A stretch of DNA of 64,000 nucleotides from the human T2T-CHM13v2.0 reference genome, Homo sapiens: assembly GCF_009914755.1 (NCBI RefSeq), contig NC_060925.1; one strand, 5' to 3'. Both the position numbers and the translations under genes were made by a program. Each line of letters begins with the position of its first letter. The stretch's first letter is position 1. Positions 26,156 through 45,180 of this stretch are shown in pieces. Below the pieces are notes generated by a model. The model was not told the origin of the DNA and made no database searches. It saw only the letters and a program-made list of their open reading frames with translations.

Positions 26156-27556
26156 GTTGATAGAAACAGACAGTACCTCACCACCTGCATGGAGGAATCA
26201 CGTATTTATGGAGTCCTGAACATTTAATCAACAACTGTTTTATTGAGCATTTAGTTTGTTATTGGTTGAAATTAAGAAGACTGGTAAATACCATGAATTA
26301 ATAAAAAGTTTTATGTTAATAGTAAACTTGTTTAGGAAATCTGGTTTTGTCTGACTTGAAATATTAAGGAAATATGTGTAGGTTTAGGTAAGAATATATA
26401 TTTGGTTTAGGACTGTTCATATTAAGTTACATAGTCCTCAGCCTTAATTCACCTCACATCTCCCCATACATCTTATGTCTTTTTCTTTCTTCTTTTTGCT
26501 ATTAAATTACAGCATCACCTCTTGATCACTCTAAGACCTAATCATCTAGCTTGTAAATTATTCATACTTTTCCCCCTCACCTCACTCCTCTCTTTTGGAT
26601 TTTATCCATTTATCTGCATCTCTGAGAATAGGTGGGCAACAGAAATAAAAGGATTCAGTGAAAATAAGTTCATTCTGTCATTTATTAGCAACTTACACAA
26701 CAGGTTTGGCAGAAAAGAAAATGGGAACTAAAATAGAGTAATTAAAAAGAAAGTCACTTATTTAAACATTGCATATCTTGCTACCTCTTCTAAGTAGAAA
26801 TTAATTAGCTCCTAACAGCTAACTAATAGACTAAGTGGAAAATAGACCAGTGCAACATTTGGGGTTAATTGGTACAAATATATTGATTACAGTAACTAGT
26901 CATTAAATGTTTTATAAGGTATATATGCTATTAGTATAATCTCTGTATGGACATCATCTACTGAGTGCATGGATGCCGTAAACACATCATGCTTAGAACC
27001 AGGCGTTTGAACGCTGTCTGGAGTACTTTTACATTGTAGTACCCTGAATGTACATGCCTGTTTGTTATCACTGGGAGGGCAGCTCAGGACAGGATTATAA
27101 AGAGATGGAAAGAGGAGCAAACCTGGGGCGGCGTGGAGCTGTCATGAGAATGGTATTTTCGGGAGCTGGGGAAGAGGCAGAGAAGGAAGGGAAAACATTT
27201 AAAGAGGGCAAAACATGGACTTCATCCGTTAGCTCTACAGACACGGCCCTTGGTAGTTAGGCGACGTGAAGCCACGTGTACTCAGGCAGGTAGTGGGGAA
27301 GGCTGCTTCTCCAACAGATGGAGACAGGGAGGTTGGCAGACCGCTGGCTTAGGAGGAAGACAGCAGCAGAAGGGTTGCGTGTGTGAAGGCAGGGTCACAG
27401 ATATTTAGAACGAAGCCCAAAGTCCTTGGAGATTGGTTGGATGTGGGAAAAGAGAGAGGATGGTGAGGCTGAGACTCTGGTTTCTGTGCCAGGTGTTGCA
27501 TGGACGGTGAGCTATTAACCGGTGCAGAGAAAGCCGAAAGAGTAAGGCTGAGCCAT

Positions 27557-27932
<376 letters not shown>

Positions 27933-28678
27933 GCCCAGTGACTCCGGTGCCTTGATGGGGGCCGGGGGCTATGACCCAGGCTTTGCTGAGCGATGAGGGA
28001 GCGTGCTACTTCTGGGGTCAGGGCTGGAGGGCTCCAGCTGCCCATCTGGGCTGCCACTATGGAGGAGAGCTAGACATTGACCACCCACCATACAGGATGT
28101 GTTTGCCTCCCCCTCACTCACACCCTGGTTGTGGCGTAGGTAAACACAGCAAGGCTCAGAGGGCTCCAGGAACCTGGCTTTAAGATTGCCATTAGCATCG
28201 TTTCCTCCTTAAACAACCTCCTATTTACAGCTCTCCATCGATAAGATATGCAATGAACAACTTCATCAGGTTAAACTGCAGCAAATGTCACCACTTATTT
28301 TGTCACTCTCTGATCTTGGGGGGAGAAAAACAGTGCAGCATAAAATATTGAACTGTTTACTCAGTATTTAGTTCATTCAGTGTTTTCGGATGCCCGCTAC
28401 GTGCCAGCGGGGAGTAAAGATGAGACAGGCTTAGTCCTTCTCTTGAGGGATCTCACCAAGTGCAGTGTTTGGTGACGCAGGTCACACTGGGGACATGCCA
28501 TGGCAGGGGCACAGATATCAGCTGGGGGAGCAGAGATGAAGGCCAGATACGAATTCCCCTGGGCATCTGAAAGAATGCTTCATAGCTTTGAATTAGATGA
28601 ACTGTTTATAGGAACGGTAATCCAGAAACAAATACTAAATGTTGTATGGTAGGGTGTACTAGAGGCTGTATTATCTGA

Positions 28679-29018
<340 letters not shown>

Positions 29019-29076
29019 TGATTCCTCCTTTATAACTATTCATCAGACTGAGCAACTTGGCAAGAACCTGACTATC

Positions 29077-29239
29077 AAAAACAAATTAGCCAGGCATGGT
29101 GGCACATGCCTTTGGTCCCAGTGCTTTGGGAGGCTGGGGCGGGAGGATCGCTTGAGCCTGCAGGTCTAGACTGCAGTGAGCTATGATCACGCCACTGCCC
29201 TCCAGCCTAAACAACAGAGTGAGACCCTATCTCAAAAAA
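29077..29239 (+). mobile_element. Alu right monomer (FRAM-like)
   Basis: aaattagccaggcatggtggc...gagaccctatctcaaaa. Confidence 0.8.
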
Positions 29240-30610
29240 ACCCGCAACAAACTAAAAAAAATCCCCGATATTTCTGCTTCCCTAATATGCATGATACCAG
29301 CAGCAGACAGGGCTGCTCTGACACCTGCCCAAAGTGTAGCTGGACATCTGTGTAGACTCATGGAGTTTGGGGAGAATAGGAAGGCGTCAAGGCTAAGTAC
29401 AGGTCCCATCTCTCTCCCTCATCCACTTCCCCCAACCTCTGGTCATTCACCAAGAAACGTTCACAGTCCTGGGCTGCGTTTACTAACTTTGTTCTCATGC
29501 GTGCTTCTATTTTTGAGGCCAGAATAGGCCATTTTGAAACCTCTGGTTCCAGCCTTCCCCTTAGGAAAGTGAGCGGCAGAGTCGCGACCTCTCTCCCTGG
29601 TGGCTCATCTCTGGGAGACGAGCGCTGTCCTCAGAAGTGACGTGGAAGCTATCGTGACAGAGGTGTTTTGGGTCAGAAACTTTCCATTAGTATTTGGAGA
29701 AAATTGATCTCATTGGAGAAAGGACCATGATATGAACAAGTCAGGTTTTTTTTTTATCATAGTATTTTTTAAAAAACGTTCTAAGGAGAAGATTTACATG
29801 ACCACTTTCTTTCTGACGGATACTTCTTCCTGGATGGAAGGAATAGGAAAAGTACATAAAATAGCTCACATGGAAAATATTTTTCCTTTGATGAAAAGTG
29901 AAACTAAAGTAGCACTTGCAGGATGCACTTTTAATTCCTGAAGCAAAAGCCGCTACTTGCAATGCTAAGTCACATTGACGTCCCAGTCCTGATTGGGCCA
30001 GATTTCCTCTTTCTTTCTCATCTTGTGTTAGCATTTAAAACTGCCAAGATAATGACTATGTTAATTAATCTGGCCCAGGATATTTTCCCCATAAACAGGA
30101 GTGTGACTGAGTAGGTCCCTCGTTCCTTCTACGTCTGCCTCCCGCCTTCCCTAGAGAGAAGTGAATCTAAGTCATGCTGGAAAGGTGGTGCCTAAACTGT
30201 ACCTTAAGGGGGAAAGGGCTAACAGCCCTTCTCCCATAGCCCTTTCAGCACTGTGATCAATCTGGCCCTTACACTCAATTTGTCTACAATTGTATCTCTA
30301 TTAGCAATGCTGCTCTGAGTCTGTTGGGTGGAAGACATCCAATTGGTGGGTTGTTTCTGAACACTGGACCAGCCCAAGGACTATTTCAAGGAAAGTCAGG
30401 GTGAGATTTGAACTGTGCGCACCTTTGCCTGAAGCCAGTCTCCTGTAATTGACTCTGGGACAGTAAGCATTGCAGAAGACAGCAGCGTCCCTGATGTTGG
30501 AAGGAAGTCAGGCTTGCAGTAAAAGCTTATCCAGAGAAAGAATGTCATTCTCTCAATCTGTCTCTCCCTCTCTCTCTCTTGCCAGGAAAGTTCCGTTTTG
30601 TTAGCTCTAG

Positions 30611-31060
<450 letters not shown>

Positions 31061-31754
31061 TAGAATTGGCTAATAGGGATCCATAGCTTATAATGCATCA
31101 ACATTAAAAATGAAATTATATTTTGAGGCTCACTGCATATAACCATGTTTACCCTCTGAAAAGATATTGTCCTCCCTTGAATATTTGACGCAGTAAATTA
31201 TGTTTTGGAGGAATGCTTAAGTTACCTATGAAGTATCCATTTTTTTAAATGTTGGTTTTTTCTATTAGTTTTTAAATTAAATGGTACATGCGCATAATTT
31301 AAAGATCTAAGTCATTTGATAAGACTTGATATGAGAGACGCCAGCCCAACACTGTGAATGCAGTGAGGCCTTTCCTCCTTTCCCAAGGCTCATTAATATT
31401 CATCTCCCTATTTTAACATTCTTAGGTTGCTCCTTCTTGATTTACTTAGTTAAAGTTTCCTATTACAGCAGTTCTCAAAGTGTGCTCCACAGACCATCTG
31501 AGTCCCTAAGACCCTTTCACTGGGTTTATGAGATCGAAACTATTTTCATATAATACTCCGACGCTATCTGCCTTTTTTACGGTGTTGACATTTGCTCTAA
31601 TGGCGCAAAGGCAATGATGGATAAAACTGCTGGCTTCTCAGCATGAATCAAGGTGGTCACGCCAAGCTATGCTGGTCATGCTATTACTCATTGTCATATA
31701 TTTGGATACTTGGAGGGTTTTTTTTTTTTTTTTAAGAAGTACAGTGTTACTTGA

Positions 31755-32047
<293 letters not shown>

Positions 32048-32348
32048 TACTTGAGTTTATTTGATGAGGCAGTGAAAATAATTTTATTGAATCAAAAAAT
32101 GTATGTTGACATGTGAAGTACTTGGGTGGCATAGGATGGTCAGTTGCATTAGTTGCAAGCTCTACTAGCCTTTCCCCCTCTGCCAGTAGAATACATTTTT
32201 ACTTGAAGGAATAACAAACCAACAAACTATGGTTATTGAGAAGTAGGTATTATGAAGACATTTTCTCTAAAGGAATGAAAGTTTGCCACTTAAAGGAAAA
32301 TAACTAATGGTTATTTTCCTTTGGTTTGTTTATTAATCATAAAATTTT

Positions 32349-32493
32349 GGCCTAGCATGATGGTACATGCCTTTAGTCCAAACCATTTGGGAGGCTGAGG
32401 CAGGAGGATCACTCAAGTCTGGGGAAGTTCCAGACCAACCTGGGCAATATAACAAGACCCTGTCTCAAAAAAAAAAAAAAAAAAAAAAAAAAA
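32349..32493 (+). mobile_element. FLAM
   Basis: Monomer plus poly(A); TSD ~cataaaatttt. Confidence 0.8.
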
Positions 32494-33049
32494 CACCATA
32501 AAATTTTGAGCTTTCAATTAAAAGATAAAATTTTGAAAACTTGATTCTACTACCATGGGCTTGAAAGCTTTCCAATACTAAAATATTTTTCTGGTAAGAT
32601 TTGTGGTGATATTAACAAATGTGATTTTTTGATACTATATTATGGAATGGGTCAACGTCTGGAAGATACAGATAACTCAGTAAACCAGTATTTTCCAAAT
32701 GACCTTTGCATTATGTTACAAAATCTTGCAACATAAGATCCATACAAAGTACAAGGTAGCCTAATTGATTTTAGTACAATGTGATACCAAAAGTTTATTA
32801 ATATATTTAATAGTTTCAGATTGCTCATTTCAGTGAAATTTTAAGAAACTACCACTTGTTGATTTTTAGTGTAGTTTCTAAGAACAGTGTACACAGTTAT
32901 CTGAATACTCCTATTCAAATACTCCTCCATATTCCAACTACTTGTCTTTATGAGGCTGGGTTTTCTTTAGATATCTCAACGGAAACCACATATCCAGACA
33001 TAAGCCACATAACCAAAATAATATAAGCAACTCATTAAAGAGATTTGTG

Positions 33050-33210
33050 GGCTGGGGATGGTGGCTCACACCTGTAATCCCAGCACTTTGGCAGGCCAAT
33101 TTGGGAGGATCACTTGGGGCCAGGGGTTCACGGTCATGCCTTCCAAGATCATGCCACGGCACTCCAGCCTGAGTGACAAAGTAAGACCCTGACTCAAAAA
33201 AAAAAAAAAA
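33050..33210 (+). mobile_element. Internally deleted AluJ
   Basis: Left-arm start joined to right-arm end; TSD agagatttgtg. Confidence 0.8.
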
Positions 33211-33714
33211 AGAGAGAGAGATTTGTGAAAATGTAAAACAGCAATGCCACTTTTCTTACTAATTTTTTGTTTAGAAAATAATTACATTTCATACAATATT
33301 TATGCCAACATGTGATGGGTTTATTATTTTAAAATAAATAAATGCATCTATATTTTAAAGTTTTCATTTAATTTCTAGTATGGTGACTATCAATAGGTAT
33401 ATAGTGTATTTACGGTTGCTCTTATGCCAGAGCAACCAGTCCAGACTGGAGCAGATCAGGAGACCCTGGGAAAGAACTCTTCAGAAAGATGGAATGATTC
33501 TTATAACTCCTATGCTGGAACATTTCGAGAGCAGAGTTACAGAACAAGAAGGAGAGTTTTGGATGGAATTCCCAAAAAATACATAGAAAACAAAGCAAAT
33601 TGAAAAAAAAAAAAAGATAAAAAAATTGAACCATGAAGGAAGAGCTCTCTGGGGCTCTCCGTAATGTTTAAGATTATGAAGAGCTCCTGAAACGAAAGAG
33701 TTTGAGAATCACCG

Positions 33715-35855
<2,141 letters not shown>

Positions 35856-35880
35856 TATTTTTTTAAACATTTGGAAAGCA

Positions 35881-36532
<652 letters not shown>

Positions 36533-37344
36533 AAGGTGTTTTCTTAGTAGGTGAAATTACTGAGTTAGAAGCATTTATTCAGGACCTACTCCTTCTTAAA
36601 CAAAGTCATTGTTTTGTTTCTTCATTCGCCTATGTCTGCAATATTATAGAGCTAGTTCAAAGTAAGCAGTTTGATTTTGGCTCCAACATTGAGCAATCAT
36701 AATGTAATACTAGGTTCAAATGTGAGTAGATTTGAGTGCATGTCGATGTTGAAAATAAACTCACTATTGGAGTGTTTTAGGATGCTCTGGCTTTCCAGGA
36801 TGGATATTACTTAGGAGTAGGTTGGCTCTGGGTTTTTTCCTGGGTTCTTGATTTGCTTGATTTCGTTCTTATATAATCTATTCTTTCTTTCCCTTTCCTT
36901 TTCCAGAAACAGCTCAAATTATGAAATAACTTTCAAAAACAAGTTAGGTGGTAGTAGTGGAGGTAGTGAAGGAAAACAGGGAACTTTCCTGTTCGCTGCA
37001 GAGCAAACCAGGTGCCACGTAGACCTTCTCAGATGCCACTACTGGACGCAGCCCTCTAGACCTGGAGGTATGCTGGATAGACCCGGATAGACCCGGCGGG
37101 GTGCTGAGCCCAAGCGTGTGCCAGGGTGGGAGGATTTACACTTCAGAAACTGGCAGATGCTATGAAATCAGAACCTTTTTTCCTGGCAAGCTGGTATTTA
37201 AATCTTAACCAGCATGCTTCTGTCTAGACCTGACTTTACTCTTGGGGCAATCTGATATACCCCCCAAAGTGTCATAATCACGTCAGCCTACCCGTATGAC
37301 ATTGTATTTATTCACTGCACTGTGAGCTCCAGGGAGTCCAGGTG

Positions 37345-37515
37345 ATAGAATAGGCAAAGGGCAAAATTTGGAGCCAGACAGCCTGACATTTACATCCTTC
37401 CTTGGCTACTTCTAGCTCTGTGACCTTTGGCAAACCTCTGAAAGCCTCGGCTTCAGTTTCTTAATCTGTAGAACAGGGGGGGAAATTTCTTCCTAGCGAT
37501 GGTGTTGTAAAAAAT
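37345..37515 (+). mobile_element. MIR
   Basis: ttggagccagacagcctg...ctagctctgtgacctttggcaa...cttcagtttcttaatctgta. Confidence 0.75.
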
Positions 37516-38002
37516 TCACAACTGTGGCAGCCTCTGCTCTCCCAAAACCATGTCCTCTAGAAAATCCTGGCTTTATGGAGTAGGTTCCTCTGTGGCCTGT
37601 TTCTGTTTGGCAGCAGGCTTGTGACGTCTTTGCTTAGGGTCCTTATTTTTATAACAGAATACTGACTTTTTGTTTATATGGTTTCCAAAATTTATGAAGC
37701 CACTAATCAAAAACATGGGATCAGTGTACTTCAGACTCTTACAAGGGAATATAATGTTAGACAGACTTCTCTCCGGTGCTCCAAATCCCACAAGAGGAAC
37801 AGTTTTGTTAAGGGGCAGTCATTTAAAGGATGACTCACAAATTATCTGTCTATTCTAAGTTATACCTTTGAATAAAATTAAAATACCAAATAAAATATGT
37901 ATGCATTGGGACAACATCAACATAATCATTTTTATAATCACTCAAAACTGTGTCTTAATCATATGGCTTCAAACCTTTATTGCAAATTATTATAAGAAAT
38001 GC

Positions 38003-38224
<222 letters not shown>

Positions 38225-38501
38225 TTAGCGTCTGCTATGAACCATGAATATAGATGCCAATTATCCATTACATGGTTCAGTTTTCCTGGCTTACACTGCC
38301 CTACACAAGACATCTGTCCTTGACACAGGGACTAACCTTGTCTCTCCTAAGGAATTAGTCATTTTTATCCTCTTAGTAAGGAGTTGTGAAATACATGATG
38401 TTTCCCTATGCACCTCCGTGCCAGGAATGTTAGAATCAAGTTTTGTTATCAATCATAAGAACTGTCTAAGATTTTCATTTGACATGCTACATTTCTACTC
38501 C

Positions 38502-38716
38502 TTTTTTTTTTTTTTTGGAAAGGGTTTCACTTTGTTGCCCAGGCTGGAGTGCAGTGGCACAATCACAGCTCACTGTAGCCTCTACCACCCTAGGCTCAAG
38601 CAATCCTCACACCACAGCCTCCCGAGTAGCTGGGACTATAGGCATGCGCCACCACGCCCAGCTAATTTTTGTATTTTTTGTACAGATAGGAGTTTTGCCA
38701 CACTGCCCAGGCTGGT
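38502..38716 (-). mobile_element. Truncated AluJ
   Basis: Reverse right arm plus partial left arm. Confidence 0.85.
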
Positions 38717-38732
38717 AGATTTCTCCTCTTGA

Positions 38733-39053
<321 letters not shown>

Positions 39054-39259
39054 CACATGTTCATTTCTAGCTTGTTAACTTTATTGTATTTACCATACTC
39101 TCCCACTTTTTAAACTACAGATTCCTTGTAGAAAAATGAATAAATGAATGAATGAGTGAAGGAAAGTCAGTGGCAATAACTAATGATGTTTTTAAAATTG
39201 TGTAGTAAGTGGCATAGTTATGAGATTTGGGGGATTTGGGGCTGGATCAGACAGAGAAA

Positions 39260-39690
39260 ACAGAAGGGGAACATGCCAGTGTCTTCAAATGTTTGAGACA
39301 CTGTAGTTTGGAAGAGACAGCGGACATGATTTTTATTGCTCCTGAGAATAGAATAGGAGCCAATGAATAGACTATCCATTAATTGATTTGTTCATTTCTA
39401 AGTTATTTCTTATGCACCTGCTCTCTAGGGCATGTGGACGAGGTCCAGATGAGGACAAGTTTCCTGCTCTCAAATTTCTTGCATTTTAGGGAAGTAATTT
39501 TTGGCTGACTTGCAAAGAACTTTCTAATGAGAAGAGTTATATAACCATGGGATGTGTTGCCTTGTGAAGTAGGGAGCTTTCCATCTTTGGAGAATCTCAA
39601 AAAGGGCTGAATGAATACCCTGAAAAATACTACTCCCTCGGGAGAGAAGGTGGATTTGTTGACCTCTAGGGTTTGGCTCTACTGTGCTTC
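39260..39690 (+). mobile_element. L3/CR1 3' end with probable L2 insert at ~39380-39490
   Basis: gtcttcaaatgtttga...aagaactttcta...ttgccttgtgaagtagggagctttccatc...gacctctagggt. Confidence 0.6.
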
Positions 39691-40344
39691 CATGTTTCTC
39701 TTTTATTTGTCAGTTTCCATCTTAAACTGAAGGATTAGGTCATTTCAGGGAGTTCTGGAGGTGAGGTGGTGGGAAGCAATAAAAATACCTTCACAAACCA
39801 GTTCCTTTACTCTTTGATCCAGGTGGTTCCCACAGGTCCCTTGACCCCCGATAAAGTAATCCCGGCTGCCTGCGACGGAGGTGTAGGCAGCCAGGGTTCA
39901 TGGAGCCTGTGGTTATCTCCTTACAGAGAGCCTTATCAGCTTGTGGAGCCACCGTAAAGCTTGCTTTGACCTTTGGCAGAGACTCCTCCTGTATGTCTGT
40001 CCACAGAAATGAGAGCAGGTGACAGACACCTGGGATGATCCTGAGACCCAGCACCCAAAGCCCAGGCTTCTTTCTATGGGGAAGTCAAGCAGAGGGACCC
40101 AAGCTCATAGCCAGTGGAGGGGTGGGTTGATGAGAGGCGAGCCCTTTACCAGATGTGAGCCCAGTCATCACTCTGCATTTTCTACGCAAAAGTCCAGGGG
40201 CTTGCTATTGAAATTAGGCAAAGAGGACAAAGAATTGCCCTCTGTAAAGTCCTCAAAAAATTATAAATTATAATTTTTATAAAATGATAGAATTCTAAAA
40301 TAAAATTTTTATAAAATTATAAATTTTATATATATATAATTTCC

Positions 40345-40725
40345 TGGAAATAACTTACAGAAAAGTTGCAAGAATAAAAATAGTACAAAGGACACCCTTA
40401 TTCACTGTACTCCGTTAGCAATTAACTATTTTTTCTGGACCATTTGTGAGTAAGATGCGTATACCATTAGCCTTTATCCTGAAGCTCTTCGATGCATATT
40501 TCCTGGGAAATGAGATATGCTGTCACGTAGCCAGAGTACACTTATCAGCTTCAGTAAAATTAACATTGATGAGTACCTTTATGGAATCTATCATGCATGT
40601 TCCAATTTGTTTTCAGTTGACCTGATAATGTCCTTTACAGCATTGTCTCCCTCCAGTGAGGGGTCCAGTCTAGGATCAGATTGCATTTCGTTGTCGTGTC
40701 TCTTTTTGAGGGTCTTTTAACTGTA
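40345..40725 (-). mobile_element. L1MC-like 3' fragment
   Basis: acttacagaaaagttgcaagaata...tagtacaaag. Confidence 0.65.
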
Positions 40726-42078
40726 CCATTATTATTGTTATCTGTCATCTTATTAGCTTATTCAAAGTTGTTAGAGGTATTTCTTATTTAGGGTACATCT
40801 CATTTACAATCATCCTTTCGTTCACTTGAAAATGAAGGCTAGGTTCTCTGGAGTCCAGACTCACTCCCCTTCTATGTGAAGTGTTTTCCTGTGTATGGTG
40901 GAAGGGATGGGGGTGAGAAATTTTGGATGTACATTATGTACATGGTTGACTTTTCTTTGTTTGATTTAAATCATACAAAAACAGATCAGATCCTTTGAGA
41001 TCATTTTCAAATTCCGCTGTTGTCAATCCGACTTATTGCCAAGGAGATCGTCCCTTCATCCTTGAGGAGGAAGAAAGGATCATTTTGAGAATCTTCGTTT
41101 CATATCAAGACAACACACTCTTCTGAATCTAGAAACAGAAATACCTTTACATTTACTTACAGCCCTTATCTCAGCACTTTCATGCATCTTATGAGAAGCA
41201 ACACGCATGATAATTAAGCATTTCTATGCATGCAGAGCTTTGGTTAGCTTGGTAAAGGGTATGTTCAGCAATTCTGGTCCCTGCCCTCCAGAAAAACTTG
41301 CTTAAGATGCACCAATATGCATTATTAAATATAATAACACATCAAGTAAAAACTATGCCTAACACTCGCAGGCTATCATACAGACTTAGAATTATTGAGA
41401 TGATTTTTCAGATGGTAACATTTAATCACAGAGAAGCTGAATAATTTGCCGAAGTTTACTTTAAAAAAAATCAGAGCTACGATACCAATGTTCAGTACCT
41501 TTCTTTCTTAGTATAATCCCCTACTTTCAAAATAACCTTTATAGATATTTCTAGTATCTACGCTAAGAAAAAGAGTAATGGTGAAAGACTGAGAGAAGAC
41601 ACTGCTTTTTAAAGGCTATAGAAATCTGGTACATGGCTTCTTTGAAGAAAAAAAATTAAATGGAAGGAAAATTGGCTTCTCATTTTCTGAGGGTGCAATT
41701 TTATATAGAAGATATTTCACTGTGGTCTGTATTTAACAAGCTGCGGGGACCCTAAGGCTGGTAGATGGTCAGACTGGTAACATTTTCTAATGTGACTCTG
41801 ATAATTTTGACATAGGCTTTCTTTTTGGCTGCCCTAAGTATTTATCCTTTTCACCTGATTTACTTTACATTCGCCTATTTTACCACGGGTTACAGACAAG
41901 AACAAATTGGACTCTTAAAATGGCATATAATTTTAATATTTTCTGAGTTTCTAGTATTCTAAATTCATAATTATAACCTGAGGGATGTATGCCCACAGGG
42001 CATAAAACAATCACATAGATAGTGAGTTTTTTTTTTTTTTTTTTGAAATTACCTTGGCTACTTGAGGATTCTCTACAC

Positions 42079-42415
42079 CCCTGCTATCCAGCATGGGGGC
42101 CACCAGCCACATGGGGCTACTGAGCATTGAGACGTGGCTAGTCTGAACTGAATGTGACTGGTCTGTATAAAATACATATTAGAGTTCAAAGACTTGGTAC
42201 ATTAAAAAGAATGTAAAATATCTCATTAGTAGACTTTTTTATATTGATTACATGTTGAAATGATAATATTTTGGATATGCAGGGTTAAATGAAATGTTAT
42301 TAAAGTTAATTTCACCTGTTTCTTTTTAATTTTTTGATGTGGCTACTAGAAAACCCCAAATTCCATATGTGGTTTGCATTTGTGGCTCCCATTATATTTC
42401 TGTTGGAAAGCTCAG
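42079..42415. mobile_element. MER33 (hAT-Charlie)
   Basis: gccaccagccacatggggctactgagc...gattacatgttgaaatgataatattttgg...tgtggctactagaaaa; TSD ctctacac/ctctagaa. Confidence 0.85.
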
Positions 42416-43124
42416 CTCTAGAAGGAAAGAAAATACAGAAAAAAAGACCAAAAAAAACCCAACTCATTCAGTGTATTTTAGAGTGAATTACGGAAGGGAA
42501 AGCTGAATAGCCAATGATCCCATTTTTTTTCTTGATTAGGTTTGGAGTTCATTAAAGCTTCTTTAATTAAATATATTGTAAATCTGCTTCAAGTTCCCAG
42601 TTGAGATGAGAATTGAATCTTTTTGTTTAATTTTAAAAATTCTAAGAAAATCCTGAACTCACTTCAAAAGCGACTTGTTTTTTGAAAACTTTGTAAAAAG
42701 CTTTCCATTTACATGGATTGGAGGTCTGATTAATATAGAGTTTTGAAGGGGCTAAAGAGGTGTGAAAATTATCCAGAAACTTCTGAAAGGACCTTTCTTA
42801 TCTCACAGGCATCCAGGGAGACATAAGGGCCCTTAGAAGCCGCAGATCAGCCATAAGCGTCTGTGTTCACAGTTTCCTTCCAATAAGCAAAAACACTGGG
42901 AGAGATAACATATTTATTCCTAGGTGTCTATAACTGAATTTATGGGTGTAACTTGCTGGATATTATTGCCCTTGTAAACCCATGTAACTGCACACGTAAA
43001 GCATGTTTTTATTAGTTCCTACATAAAATTTTTATGATAATGGCAAACAAAGGACCAATTTAGTTTAGCTGAGTTTGTTCTTATTACTCCAGCTTCCAAT
43101 AGATAAGCAACAGTGCAAACAGCA

Positions 43125-43639
<515 letters not shown>

Positions 43640-44506
43640 TCAGCTTGCAAGCCTGTTGTTGAGCAGCTGTTCTCCACGTTGGTAGCTGTGGAGTATTCTA
43701 ATTTAGCTTCTGAAAAGGCTTGCATAGCTAGTATTGAAAGAACTCCCACTTACTGTATTTCAGCTGGAGAATTACAGAGAAAAAAGGTTCAAGTGGCTTA
43801 TTGTAGGTCATCTCCCACTCTGGGATTTAAACAAAGCACAAACAGAACAAAGTTCCTTTAAACTGGGTGCCTTCATCTGAGTCCCTCCTGTCTGCAAGGT
43901 TTGGCAGGCTCGCCGGATACAGAGCCCACGCCTCTCATTCTCACTGCTGCCTTTTTATGTTTGACCCTTGGATGTGGCCAACGATTCCCATGGTGACCTG
44001 GATTGGAGGGAAGTTTTTCTAGAATTTGAAGATAAAGCATCTTTCATAAATACTGCCTGTTCCTTCCCAATGACTAGTTAAAAATTGATAGTCTGTAAAC
44101 TAGAGTGAGTGCGATCCGTGAACCCAAATTCAGGAGACAGAGTTTGACGTGTCTAAATGTACGCAGGGGACAATAGCAAGAAATATTTTAAGCTGAATGA
44201 GCCTGAAATATAAAAGACATAGGATTGTTATAGATATGTCATACTGAAGGCTGCCTTGGATGGAAAATCAACTGAAAAAAGGGCAAGCTTAGTACACACT
44301 AGGTTTATTCTGGGCTAAGGCCGGTCTAGGACATTCATGAAATTACAACTTAGTGATTAGGGGCTATAGTGGTTTAGATTCTAGACTTTAGAAGTATTTA
44401 CACATCAAAAAACTCATGGCTGCGAAGAGTTTTCCTCCTAGCATCTGACACAACTCCTCATTTTGTAAGTCTGTACTGGAGTGAATTCTAGACAGCTGGC
44501 TTGTTG

Positions 44507-44810
44507 TATTTATTTTTATTTTTAGAAATGGGGTCTCACTCTGTTGCCCATGCTGGAGTGCAGAGGTTCAATCGTAGCTCACTGTGGCCTTGAACTCCTG
44601 GGCTCAAATGATCCTCCTGCCTCAGCCTCCCCAGTAGCTGGGACTACAGGTGTGCACCACCATGTCTGGCTAATTTTTAAAAAAAATTTTTGTAGAGATG
44701 GGGTCTTGCTATGCTGCCCAGGCTGGACTTGAACTCCTAGGCTCAAGTGATCCTCCTGCCTCAGCCTCCCAAGTAGTTGGGACTACAGGGACACACCACC
44801 CTGCCGAGCT
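44507..44810 (-). mobile_element. AluJ
   Basis: Reverse dimer with J-type arms. Confidence 0.88.
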
Positions 44811-45077
44811 TGACTAGTTATATTGTTCTTAAAGGTTTATAGAAGGAAGGAGCTTCTGTAGCCTCCAACCCCATTTTTCGGATGCGTTCCTTTAAGGACT
44901 AATCCAATTTGAGGTTCTTTATTCTATTTCCTCAGTGGGCATGTTTACTGATCCTCAAATGTGCCTTTATATATTTCATAAGCTGTTTCTTTGCATTCTT
45001 TCCCCCAAAGGAGTAGTTTCCATTCTTTCTGAAAAACACTGCTTGAGCCTCGTCCCTTTTGGAAGAGCAGTTCTGGG

Positions 45078-45180
45078 GTGTGTGTGTGTGCGCGCGCATG
45101 TGTGTGTGTCCACGTGCATGCGTGTGTGTGCATGGGGGGTGTGTGTCTGCATGCCTGTGTGTGTCCACATGTGTGTGTGT
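45078..45180. repeat. (TG)n/(CG)n alternating purine-pyrimidine repeat
   Basis: Direct reading. Confidence 0.88.
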
